A DNA stretch of 64,000 nucleotides from Neoconidiobolus thromboides FSU 785 (Eukaryota > Fungi > Entomophthoromycota): assembly GCA_025603075.1 (NCBI GenBank), contig MU626264.1, positions 1-64,000 on the forward strand, written 5' to 3'. Positions 50,000 to 61,699 of this stretch are shown here, one piece after another (positions within the stretch are counted from its first letter, which is position 1; every line of letters begins with the position of its first letter). A program made the translations under genes and the position numbers. The notes under the pieces are model-generated. The model was given only the letters and a program-made list of their open reading frames with translations. It ran no database searches and was not told the DNA's origin.

Positions 50000-52488
50000 A
50001 TGTCCATAAGTTTAAATTTATCTACTCATTCTAAAGACTTAAAATCAGCATATCAAACTGTTATTGACAAATCTTCAGATACTGATTGGGCTTTATTTGA
50101 ATATGAGAAGGGAACTAATGACCTTAAAGTTAGTGGCACTGGGGGTAAGAAAAATACATTTTTACTTAAATCGTTAAAAAGAATATTAATAAATATAATC
50201 ATTTGTTTTATAGATGGAGGTCTTGAAGAAATCAGTGAAGAATTCGAAGATGATAAAGTATTATATGCTTTTGTTAGGGTAATGGACCCAAATACTAATC
50301 TTCCAAAATTTATTTTTATTTCATGGGTAAGTTGAATAATCACATAAAATAATAATAATGATTTACTAGTTTTTTTTATTTTAGTGTGGTGAAAGTGCCC
50401 CTGTAAGACGTAAAGGCTTATTAGCTGCTCATTTAAGTGATGTACAGAGTTTTTTAAAGGTAAAATATTGAAATTAAAATGTCTTTTTTTAAAAAAAAGT
50501 GTGTTAATGAATGGTTTTCTAGGGCTACCATATCCAAATTAATGCTAGAGACCAGGTAAGAAAAAAAGGTCAACTATTGAGATAAATTTGACTAATAATA
50601 TTTTAGAGCGACGTTGAACCAGCTCAAATCATGAAAAAAATTGATGAGGGTTCTGGTGCAAAATATTCATACCATGAACAAAAACGTAACGTTCAACAAC
50701 CTCCAGTCCCAGCTAGAGTAATTTTTATTATCATTATTCTATTAAAATATAAAATTAACCTTTTCATCTTAGGTTAACCAAACAGTTCCATCCAGTATGC
50801 CAACTTATAAAAGAACAGTGAACCAAGCACCACCAGTCGTACCAGTAAGAAAAGTAATTGTTTTCCCAATTTTAATATTTACAGTTTATAATAATCTTTC
50901 ATTCAATAGCCTGAACCTACCCCAACTAACACAGGTACCAGAAATTTACAAAGTCAATTTTTAGATCGTGTCAGTTCTCAGGAAAAAGAACGTAAAGAAA
51001 GAGAAGAACAAGAAAGGTTTGAAAAAGAATTTCAAGAAAGAAATAAGGCTAAATTTAATCAACAATCTACTTTTGGTAAAGGAGCTTTTACAAAATCTAA
51101 ATTTAATGCAGAAGATGAAGAGCTTCACCAGCAATTAGAAGCTGCTAAAACTAAAAGAGGTCAGTTAGGTAGTAGCAATAGAGACGCCCCTTCAGTGGTT
51201 CAAAAAGAAATTGAAGAGCAGAGAAAAATGGAAGAGGAGAGAGCTAGCCTAGAAAAAGAGCATCAAAGATTGAAGCAAGAAAGGGAGGAAGAAGAACGTC
51301 AACAAAAAGAAGAAGAAAGGCGCAGAAAAGAAGCTGACGAACAACGTAAAAGAGAAGCCGAAGACCAACGTAGAAGAGAAGCTGATGAACAAAGAAGAGC
51401 TGAAGAATTACAAAGAAATGAAGAAGAAAATTCAAGGGAGCAAGAAAGAGCTGAAGAAGAAAGATTAAGAGCTGAAGAAGAAGAAAGATTAAGAGTTGAA
51501 GAAGAAGAAAGATTAAGAATTGAAGAATTACAAAGAATTGAAGAGGAAGAAGAAAGACTAAGAGCTGAAGAAGAAGAAGAAAAAAGATTAAGAGCTGAAG
51601 AAGAAGAAGAAAAAAGATTGAGGGCTGAAGAAGAAGAAGAAAGATTGAGGGCTGAAGAAGAAGAAGAAAGATTGAGGGCTGAAGAAGAAGAAGCTAGGCT
51701 TAGAGAGCATCAAGAAGCTAAAGAAAAGGTAAAAAGATTGTTAATTTTTTTCAGAAGTAATCACCTTAACATAAATTTAGTTATCATCTGAATTAAAATA
51801 TGAGCCAGTAAATTTCATTATTCAATTCCTTAATATACTCATAATTAACTAATTTTGTTTTAACTAGGAAACCAAAGCTAATACTCAATCCAATGCTATA
51901 GAAGAAAGAGAAGAATTATTAACGGCAATTGCAATCTTTGAATACCAAGCAGCCGATGATAGCGAAATTAATATGAAAGAAGGAGAAATGATTTGTGAAA
52001 TTCAGCCAATTGATGAAGGTTGGTGGCAAGGTAAAAACGAAGATGGTCATGTTGGTTTGTTTCCTTCAAATTATGTGGAGGTTGTGGAAAACCCGAGTCC
52101 TATGGAAAGGCATATGGAAAATGAAGCCCAAGATGAAAGTCAGCATATGGAAGGTGTAAATCAACAGACAGAAGAAATCAATAGTGAGATGGTAAGTTTT
52201 GTTTTATATTATTATAGAGTGAGGTGAAATTAATGATTGTTCTTTATTTTAAAACAAATAGCCATATGCTATTGCCCTTTATGATTATGAAGCTACAGAA
52301 GAAGGTGAATTAAGCTTTTTAACAATGGACAAGATTGAAAAGATTGAATTTATTTCCGAAGAATGGTGGCAAGGTACTAATGCTCAGGGCGAAGCTGGTT
52401 TGTTCCCTGGTAAGGTTTTTATTTTACTTTTGGGTTAAAGGTTTAATAATGAGCTTTTTTAGCTAACTATGTTGAATTACAAGAGTAA
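50000..52488 (+). CDS. ABP1: Actin-binding protein ABP1/drebrin-like: ADF-H domain, ER-rich helix, two SH3 domains; multi-exon
   Basis: ADF-H (DWALFEYEKG, YAFVRVMDPNTNLPKFIFISW); two C-terminal SH3 domains (GWWQG...GLFPSNYV, EWWQG...GLFPANYV). Confidence 0.9.
51447..51706 (+). repeat. Coding minisatellite, about 9 units of 24-30 bp encoding RLRAEEEE(E/K)
   Basis: Repeated aga(t/c)t(a/g)ag(a/g)gctgaagaagaa(gaa)n inside ABP1. Confidence 0.85.
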
Positions 52489-52832
52489 TTACAAAATAAC
52501 ACAGAAACAAGGTGATTTTGTTGAGAGAGGTTTGAAGTAGAAATAAAAAAATTGAAATATTAGTATATTGGTTTTATGGATTTAATAACCCCCTTGCTTT
52601 TGATTATTATATTATCATTGGTTTTTATCATAGTGCTTTTAATTTTATTGACAAAATAAATCACTTTCTATTGCTACGTAATAAAAAAATACGGAAAAAA
52701 TTTAATTTTATTAACCAATCAATGTTAGTCTTAAGTTAAATAAAAATGAAATTAAGGTTTAGAGTGACTGCATCATTCAAAAGATGAAAATTAAGTTTTA
52801 GCTTTTTAATTTTTAATTTATAAGTTTAATTA

Positions 52833-53938
52833 ATGGATTATTTTACCGGTTCTTTATTTCCATCAATAGTAAAAGATATTGAAGGTAAAGAGATAAATGT
52901 TCAAAAATTAGCAAATCAGCATCATTTAATTTTAGTTACTTTAAAAGTAAGTTTGACAAGAATATACCAAAACTTATAAATGTACTTATTATCTTTATTT
53001 AGTCCACTAAATGCGCTGTTTGTCCACCAATGTTAAAGACAATCAATAGGTACGGTTTAAATAATGATGTTGTAAATGAAAAAAAGAATAAAGAGTTAGA
53101 TCCTTTGATTTTAGACCCTCCTTGTATAGATTTGACTGTAAGTTATTTTTATTTTTTATAGAAGCTAGCTGATAAATATTTGTTTTAATAGTATTATAAA
53201 TTATTATTGCAAAAAGATGCTTATTTCATCATCTTATCTCCAGGCCCAAAATCAATTTTAAAAAATATTCAGATAGAGACGAAGTTTGAAAAGTTTCCAT
53301 TTATCTTAGATACTGATTTAGCAATTGCAGATCAACTGAATATGCGATTATCCTCAACAATGATATGGCCAGCTGTTTTACATATTGAACCCAACTTAAA
53401 ACTACGCCCTATTCATTTTGGTAGAGCTCCTGGATTTTATGGTGTTTCTATACTGATGAATTATTTACATGGTCAAAGAGAAAAAGTAGAAAACCAAGCT
53501 TTGGATGTATTACAAGAATCAGATTTGGTATTGAAAAGAATTAAACTAAAGATAGCGGAGTCTAATTGTAATGCAGAACCTTCTATTTTATCTCAAGACA
53601 TATGGATGGCTATTTTTGAAAAATTATCGCCTATTGAATTAGCTAGTTTAGCTCAAACTTGTAAATTATTTAGATATTATGCTATTGTAGCCACTTATTA
53701 TAAGGTTTGTTATTTAAGTAGTCAAGTCAAGAAATTCAGTCCTAAAGATGATAGTGGTAAAGTTATTTCCCATACTCTGTTAAACTCCATGCTAGAGTCC
53801 GAAGAGCTATCGTATACTAATAGTAGCAAGTTTCAAAGGTTGGAGCTGTCAATTGTTCATTTAAGAAAAGCTACTAATCAATTGAGAGAGTTTATTACTT
53901 GTTATATGACGTTAGGCTGTAAAGATCTTATGAATTAA
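52833..53938 (+). CDS. Thioredoxin/AhpC-like CxxC domain plus F-box-like protein; two introns
   Basis: Spliced N-terminus MDYFTGSLFPSIVKDIEGKEINV...LVTLK|STKCAVCP; C-terminal LSQDIWMAIFEKLSPIELASLAQTCKLFR fits the F-box consensus. Confidence 0.7.
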
Positions 53939-54147
53939 ATATTATGTATTTGAGTGAGTTGTATTATTGAAACTTGGTTTCTAAAGTTTTTAAGATTATT
54001 ACTATTGTTATTAATAAAGTTATTTAAGTTAAAAATGCAAAAAGCTTCCAAGTAATTTTTTTTAAAGACGCTATTTTGAATTTTATAAAAAGCATGTAAT
54101 ATCATTTATTACCAAAGACATGAAAAGGCAAAAATGATAACAATGGG

Positions 54148-55566
54148 TTATATGATATACCTAAACCCTTCATTAATGGTTATTCTGTCAAAAGCTTCCT
54201 CCTTATCAAAGATGTCCTGTTCCATTTCATCTAATTTTTTGTTTTCTACTTTAAATCTCCATTTAAGAATAAGAGCAGTAACAATTGTAAGGCCTAAAAA
54301 CCCAATGTTAGTAGAGTGAGAAGGAATATAGATAGGTGCTTCACTTGCTCTATAAAATTGACCAGAAAATATACCACCAACATTACCAAAAGAAACAATC
54401 ATAGCGGTAACTGTAGCTGATTTTGTTGATCCTATAGTGTTATTATTTGACCAAGATAGAGCTGGAGGCAAACAAGCAGAAAGTCCAACAGTAGCTATAA
54501 TAACTCCAAAATACTTTATAGGTATGCTAGAAGCAGCTATTAAAACTATAAAGCCAACTAAAGCTACGGTGGCTGAACACACTATATGGTAACCTCTTTC
54601 CATTACTCTATCAGAATTCCATGCTAAAGCCATAGTAATAAAAAAGCTAATAATATAAGGCGGTATGGTAAGTAGGAAAGAATTTAACTTAGAGAAGCCC
54701 ATATTATTGACAATGGTTGGCATTAATAATGCTAAAGAATAAAATGGACATATAAAACCAATGTAGCACAACATATATAAATAAGTTTTATAATCTTTAA
54801 ACACAGAAATAAATTGCGCTTTATCGAATTTTTTAGATTGAACCTCAATGTGACTTGCTATTAACCTTTGATTTAAAAATTCTTTTTCTTCTTCAGTTAA
54901 CCATTTTGAAGCTTGAGGTGAAGAAGGCATTACAAACCAAGTAAGGATGCCCAACAAAACAGTAGGTAAGCCCTCAATGATAAAAATCCATTGCCAAGAT
55001 CTCAAACCCCCTTTGTTATCTAAATAATTGATACCATACGCAATAAACCCACCAAAAGCACCGGCTAACGAAGAAGCTGAAAAGAAAAAGGCAATTCTGA
55101 CACCTTGTTCTGAACGTGCATACCAAAAGCTCAAATAAAATATAATTCCTGGAGCCAAGCCAGCTTCAGCAATGCCTAAGAAAAAACGGCCAGCTAATAA
55201 ACCTGAAAAATTGGTGACTGATGCTAAACACATAGTTATTCCACCCCAAGTGACCATAATACGAACAATCCAGATTGGTGGGGAAGTTCTTTTCATCATT
55301 AAATTTGAAGGAACTTCAAATAGTACATAACCTATAAAGAAAATACTTAAACACCAACTAAATTCTTCTTCAGTTAAGTTTAAAGCTTTTTCTAGTCCAT
55401 ATAAACGAGCATGGCCAATATTGACTCGGTCTAAAAACGAAAACATATAAAGTAATGATAGATAAGGTATCAATCTTAAATCTATTTTCCATAAGAGCTT
55501 TTTTAAATTAATAGTGCTTTCATCAGATACTGCTACCTCCCTTAATTCTATCTCTTTTACTTTCAT
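54148..55566 (-). CDS. MFS transporter, anion:cation symporter (TNA1/DAL5-like) family, intronless (472 aa)
   Basis: KIDLRLIP, FLDRVNIGHA, EVPSN, GRFFLGIAEAG, WQWIFIIEG, SD+ERG motifs. Confidence 0.92.
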   Translation of the reverse strand: MKVKEIELREVAVSDESTINLKKLLWKIDLRLIPYLSLLYMFSFLDRVNIGHARLYGLEKALNLTEEEFSWCLSIFFIGYVLFEVPSNLMMKRTSPPIWIVRIMVTWGGITMCLASVTNFSGLLAGRFFLGIAEAGLAPGIIFYLSFWYARSEQGVRIAFFFSASSLAGAFGGFIAYGINYLDNKGGLRSWQWIFIIEGLPTVLLGILTWFVMPSSPQASKWLTEEEKEFLNQRLIASHIEVQSKKFDKAQFISVFKDYKTYLYMLCYIGFICPFYSLALLMPTIVNNMGFSKLNSFLLTIPPYIISFFITMALAWNSDRVMERGYHIVCSATVALVGFIVLIAASSIPIKYFGVIIATVGLSACLPPALSWSNNNTIGSTKSATVTAMIVSFGNVGGIFSGQFYRASEAPIYIPSHSTNIGFLGLTIVTALILKWRFKVENKKLDEMEQDIFDKEEAFDRITINEGFRYII

Positions 55567-55920
55567 TTGATATAAATAAATTCAGAATTTTAATTTTATA
55601 GTGTTGATTGTTATTCCTATATATTGTTATCTATATATAGGAAGAGCTTTCTTCACATTATTATGATAATTGCAAAAAATCCTCTCATATTAATCTTATG
55701 CAAACATCAAAAGAATATCGTTTTTAAATTAAGAATTAGGCTGGGCTTATGCATGTCTTCTTTCCTTGGGAGCCTAATAAAGTTTTTAAGATTGGATTGA
55801 AATTTAAATGCAAAAAAATATATGAGTTAACTTATTTTTGCAATGCTGTCAACTTTATTTTAATATTAATTTTTAATCAACTCTTTGTTTTTTAGAATGA
55901 CTCCTTTTGAGTTTTAAATT

Positions 55921-56490
55921 ATGACAAAAACAATTAAAAATCGAAAAAAGACAAATCCATCAACAAATTTATCTAACTCATCTAACCCTAGCAACTCTAT
56001 AGAAAAAAAGACAACTTCTTATAATTCTTTTCAACTATCTATCCTCTCTGGAATCTATGCTAGCTTAGCTTCGGTAGTAGGCAAATTATCAACGGATCCA
56101 AAAACAAATGTGCTAATTTCTACTTTTTGTCAAGTAACTAAATCTCATCTATGCGAACGGCTAGTAGCTAGTTATTTGCTTCCAGTCCTGAGAATAATCT
56201 TTTTTATTCTTATGTTTACACTTAATGGTCTAATGTGGACAACTTACACTAAAGCTTTATCCTCAGCTAACAGCTCCATTCAGGTTTCAGTGGTCAATAA
56301 CGCTACCAATATGGTGACCACAGTAAGTTTAAAAATAGAGTCTTTAAAGCAAGTTTATTGATAAAGTTTTATATAGGCAGTGCTAGGATATCTTATTTTT
56401 AATGAAGTTAATGGAATGTTGTGGTGGTTAGGAGTGTCCTTAGTCATATCTGGCACAGTAGTTTTAAATAAGGTCAATACACAAGAGTAA
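55921..56490 (+). CDS. TMEM42-like small membrane protein; exons 55921-56322 and 56377-56490
   Basis: SGIYASLASVVGKL, NGLMWTTYTKAL, VNNATNMVTT|AVLGYLIFNE, WWLGVSLVISG. Confidence 0.75.
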
Positions 56491-56930
56491 AGATTAAAAG
56501 TGATGGATAATAAAGTTTCAAAATAGTTATAATGCCATCCAATGAAATAACTAAGTGTGTAAGCTATCATTTAGTTTATGTTGATTAACAATAACTTAAT
56601 AGTTAAATGTGAAAGTTTTATGCAAGAGTGGCTTTTTTGTTTCATTTTGTTGTCCATCCTTTACACAATATAAAGGTTACAAGGATTTGTTAATAAAATT
56701 TCTAGTCAAAGATAACATTCCGATATGATAATGTATTTTTTATTCTTAGTAAAAGAGGTAATATGGGTTTTAAAGAGATTTTATGAATTTTTAACTAAAA
56801 AAAGCGCCATTAAAGTATCTAACGAATAATTTAAAACATAAACAATATAAAAAAGCACCAACTATTAACAAATTTTCTTTTATTATCTCAAAAAGAAGGA
56901 TGAAAGAAGTCAAACTTCACCCTGTTTCTT

Positions 56931-57316
56931 TTACTCAATAGTGGTACAAATAGTTTTAATAAAATTATCAACACCCTTTTGAGAATTGCCATAAATTTTG
57001 TAAATCAAAGATTTATCACGAGGTCCATAAGGATGATCATCACGTCTTGGAATGATAACAGCTGGCATAACACTGTAATCGACAGCATCTGGGCCTTTAC
57101 CTTGTAATGGTTTGTAAAGTTGTACTTCTTCTTTCCATTCTAAAGAGCAGCCATCTTCTTTCTTTTCAAATTGACGTACTTTTGAGAATTGAACTACGCT
57201 GGTTCTAAAAAAAGAGATGGGGTTAGTAACTGGTACATGAAAAAGATATGATAATAAACTTACACGCTGGATAAAGCAACAGCAAATAAGGCCAAATTAA
57301 GTGAAGTGAATCTCAT
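56931..57316 (-). CDS. Small secreted protein (~108 aa, one intron), absent from the ORF track
   Basis: MRFTSLNLALFAVALSSV|TSVVQFSKVRQFEKKEDGCSLEW...KTICTTIE*; GTAAGT donor, CTAAC branch point, TTAG acceptor; TATA at 57373. Confidence 0.75.
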
Positions 57317-57779
57317 GGCAACGATTATGTAGATAAAATAAATTGTTAGAGTTGATGAGCTTATATTGAGGGTTTATATACCCTTTCTTGTAGTTTTATT
57401 CTTTAGTTAATTTTCAGGTTTTCTTAACTTTGGGGCGCCACTTTTTTAATATTACTTTTTTATGGTGGTTTGGTAAATTTTGTTCTTTATACTAAAGTTA
57501 CTTCTTTTGGTTTTGATGAGTTTAATTAAATGCCTGAGGTCGATTTTGTCATTGAAAGATAAAAATAAATTTTGGCTACTATAACGCCTATATACTGTCG
57601 AAGTTAACAAGAATGTTAGTAATATATTATACCATTGTAGTACTATTAATATCCACTTAACCAGTTACTAGAATATTCAAAAAAAACATTCATAAATTAA
57701 TAGTATAGAAATAGTAAACTAGCTTCATAAAAATAAAGAACATCTCTCTGCTGCAAGATAAGCATTAGAAAACAACAGA

Positions 57780-57960
57780 TGATTTCTATTCTCTAAGTGA
57801 ATAGTCAAATATTCTTAACGTGATCTCTTATTTTTCTCACTTTTTTAAAATGAAAGTTGGTTAAACATTGATTCGTTAGAAATGACAAGTGATATAGCTG
57901 GAACATTTAAAAAACAAATTTATAGCTTCTAATATGAGAAGTTGATAATGGCTGATGATG
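57780..57960 (-). mobile_element. Possible hAT C-terminal dimerisation-domain relic
   Basis: FLNVPAISLVISNESMFN...KRSR* resembles L.IPATS..SER.FS...KRNRL; interrupted by stops. Confidence 0.3.
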
Positions 57961-58693
57961 TTAGTAGATAGCGTGGGATAACATTATACTGATAAAAGTA
58001 CTTATTTAAAAATAGCCAAAAATTTTAAAATCTTTTTAAGTTACTGTTTTTTAAAAAAAGTATCAAATTAGTGTTTAAATTCAAGATTGTAAAGTATACT
58101 TTTTTATAACCCATTTTTAGCTAATAATTTATTCACTTCGAAATTTTTATCTGGAACAAAATGTTAACAGATTTTTATAAATTCTTAGCCGATTATATGC
58201 TGTAATAAAAATAAAGATAGACCTTTAAACAACCCAGCAAATAAGTGTAAATAATTGCTCTTGGTTTGGCAATATTAACATTAAGACTTGAAGCCTTTAA
58301 TAGGATTTAAAAATATGGCTAAATTTTAAACAAGTTATCTCAGTTTAAATTTAGATTTGCAAGATTTATTTGATGACGTTTATACTTAAGAAATAGTGAT
58401 CATTTCAAAGCTTTTATACTTATTTTTAAATTATATAAAAAATAAAATGAAATAAATTAAGGCTTAGGTTAAAGTGCATATATACATAAATATAATATTA
58501 TTGGCCATAGTTTTTATGATTTAATTACAATAATAAATTGAGATAAATGTTTTTTATTTCCAATTAAGAAAGAGTCTATTTCAAAGCTTTGATTTTATTA
58601 AATTCAAATGCTTATTTAAAAATTATAAAAACATAATTAAACATTAATATCTTTAAATGCTAGGTATTGTGATTGGATTAAAATGCGCAAAAC

Positions 58694-59159
58694 AACTGTG
58701 ATACATCGTCTTGTCATCTCTATGATTGATTACAATATAATAATTGCTTAAGTCGTTGTATTCTCGAGTTCAGACACAATCACAATCAATCCTGATCCTT
58801 TTATTTTCATTTATTGCGAGAATTTCTAACTTCATCCCAAATAGCACTATCTTCTCGTTTTGATATTCATGATTGCCAGAGTATAAAAGAGATTTTAGAA
58901 CATAGTAACTCGAGGCTTTTTAACTGAGTTATTCCTTGATATCACGTACCTCTAATAAAGACACTAAATCTTTTTGATACTATTTTACGTAGGTTTTACA
59001 TTAGTATTGTCTGTTCTATTTGTCTATTATATTTTTCTATTATATTTGTCTTACATAGTCCGTAGTTTATTACGTGCTATCTTTCATAATTCAAGTCTAT
59101 CTTAGTTATATGAACTAAGACTTTTTAACTTCAACCATTGAGTACTAGATTTCACAAAA
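58694..59159 (+). mobile_element. Truncated copy of the ~650-bp foldback element (centre plus right arm)
   Basis: Colinear with ~16105-16574 (cagagtataaaagag, cgaggctttttaactga, tacattagtattgtct, gtactagatttcacaaaa). Confidence 0.72.
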
Positions 59160-59650
59160 TCTAGATAATAAAAGCTTTACTTTATTAAAAGGATTTTAAC
59201 ATTTTATAATTAATAATTTACTATTAATTACTAGTTTTATATCAATTTAGATTAAAAATAGTTGTTTATTACAAATATCATTTACTATTAAAATAGAGTC
59301 ATGTAAGCTTCTGCTTATAAAGTAACTAGCTACTTTGATATTTAATAACAGAGATAACGTATGAAAAAACCTATATATAAAGTCACACATCTTTTAAACG
59401 TAACCTTTAATTGATTCAGAATTTATAAAATAGTTAATACCTTTAGGTGCTTCCTTTTTTTTTGCTTAAAATTCATGATAGTAAAATGTCTTAAACTAAA
59501 ATTTTGATTTATATAATTCAACTTGTGGAGAACTAATATCTGGAAGTTTTGTAATTGTAAAATAATCTTAAAAGAAGACTCAAAAGCGTATATTTCATTA
59601 ACACAAATCTCTTTTAAATTCAAAAAGCCAAAGATGAATTTATTTTTAGT

Positions 59651-59745
59651 TATTGGGAGTGTTTTTGATTTCATCACTTCCCATTTTTTAAACGTTATTT
59701 GAGTAGAAAGATTGTTAGTGAAATTTTAAAAAAATACATTTCTAG
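59651..59745 (-). mobile_element. 105-bp MITE family, copy 16 (degenerate)
   Basis: Recognisable core and termini. Confidence 0.65.
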
Positions 59746-60270
59746 TTGGCTTACTAAAACCATGAGATTACATATTTGTATAAGTAGATCTAGTCATACT
59801 GTCATGAATAAAATCAATATTTACAAATACTTCTTTTATCTTAAAAACATTAATCGAATAGCTTCAAGGGATTTTATTTTTAAAAGCATGTATCATTTTA
59901 ATACTTCAAGTAGATAGAAATTGGAATTATTACTAAAGCTTGTAGATACCAAAAAAGTGTTACAATCTGCTATTAACTTTTTCAATTATTTAAATGACTT
60001 CTTCGATTTTCCGAGTTCATTTAAGTTGATTGAAAAATAGTTGATTTTAATGTGGTGTCTGTTAAAAGCAAGTAGATTGAAAAGATGCTCTAAACCAATT
60101 GAACTGGTAATGAAAGCTATCAACCTATTAACTTAGTACAACTTCATATAGTCTAATAAACCAGGTTTACATTTGTTCCTAACAGATAACATCATGCTTC
60201 TTGAATAGGATAAAATACTTATTATTGGTCTGTATAGTACAAGATCAATGGAAGACTTAAAATGATTAGA

Positions 60271-60376
60271 ACATGGGGATATTTTTTTGGCTTCATTACT
60301 TTTTCCATCTTTTAAGCGCTATTTGAGTAGAAAATTTATTAATAGAATCCTCAAATACAAGAATACATCCCTATAT
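60271..60376 (-). mobile_element. 105-bp MITE family, copy 17
   Basis: Full-length match. Confidence 0.85.
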
Positions 60377-60513
60377 ACTATTTCAATATTAGAGTATGAT
60401 GTTAGAAGACCTAAACACTTGAATTCTATTTTTAAATACTGCACATGGTTAGTATTGGTTCTATAAAAAGACATTTGGATATCTAAGTAAGAGAATGAAT
60501 CGTTATAAACAAG

Positions 60514-60617
60514 GTATGGGGATGTATTTTTGTGTTTAAGAATTTTACTAACAAATTTTCCGCTTAAATAGCGCTTAAAAAATGGAAAAAATAATGAAGT
60601 TAAAAACACTCCTGTAT
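60514..60617 (+). mobile_element. 105-bp MITE family, copy 18
   Basis: Full-length match. Confidence 0.85.
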
Positions 60618-61699
60618 TATAGATGATTAAAGATGATTAAAGATAAGTCGAGTGACTTATCTGAATAAGGCTTTGTTTAAAAACCTTAAGTCATAAAACT
60701 CGTTTGGAGATAAAAAACTAAAGATAGTATTAACTATAGTATCCAGTAAACTATTTAGTTTTAACGTAATCATTTTGTAAATTAAACAAAAATAAAAGGC
60801 ACGGATTCCCCTTTCTATTTATACTAATTGATAGGGATATTGATTGCAAAAAGAGTATCATTTGATGCATTCATTTTATATTAAACGATATGGATTATAT
60901 CAAAGTTAATTTCATGTATGTTCCTTTTTTTCAATATTTTAAGTAGGATAATAAACTCCTTCAATTAAGTCTAATACACAGATGTCTCTTTGTTTAAGAA
61001 AGTACTAATACATTAAAAATTCAAAGTTACACAAAGGGTACTCAAAGAACATAATGAAGCTTTTATAATTATAGTGACTTTAAACATTATCCTCTATAAC
61101 TATATGTTGTCTTAATAAAATCAACCCTTTTGATAAATAATTTGAGTTTTCTATTAAATATTATTATATTCGATTTATTAGTAGAAATTAATTTATTACT
61201 TGGAATTAATATAACAAGTGTTATTATGATGTAATCAAGGCTACTATTCTAAAAATAACAACTAGAATTCTATTTATTAATTTTTAATTTTATTAATGAA
61301 AAGCTATACATTATATAATATTAAACAATAATTACGTTTCTATAAATATTCAAAAACAAAGCTAAAGTTCCTATTTTTTTATCTAAAGCTCTTAAAAATA
61401 AAATGGGTAAATTATGTTCAAAATTCTACATTCTTCATTAACAAGTAAAATTCTCAACTAATTTAATTTTGCAACCAAAATTTAAACCAAATCTAATAGA
61501 TTTTAAAGTTGAAAGGAACAAATCAATTTAAGAAACGCCAGCGTGTAAAAAAATAACCATCAAAAAACGACAAATCATTTATTTTAATCAATTTCAAGTT
61601 CATTATAATAATTGTAAAACTCATTCAAAAAATAAATTTATAAAAAATATTAATATTTTGATCTTATTAGCAACAATATAAAACAATTAATTGAACATT

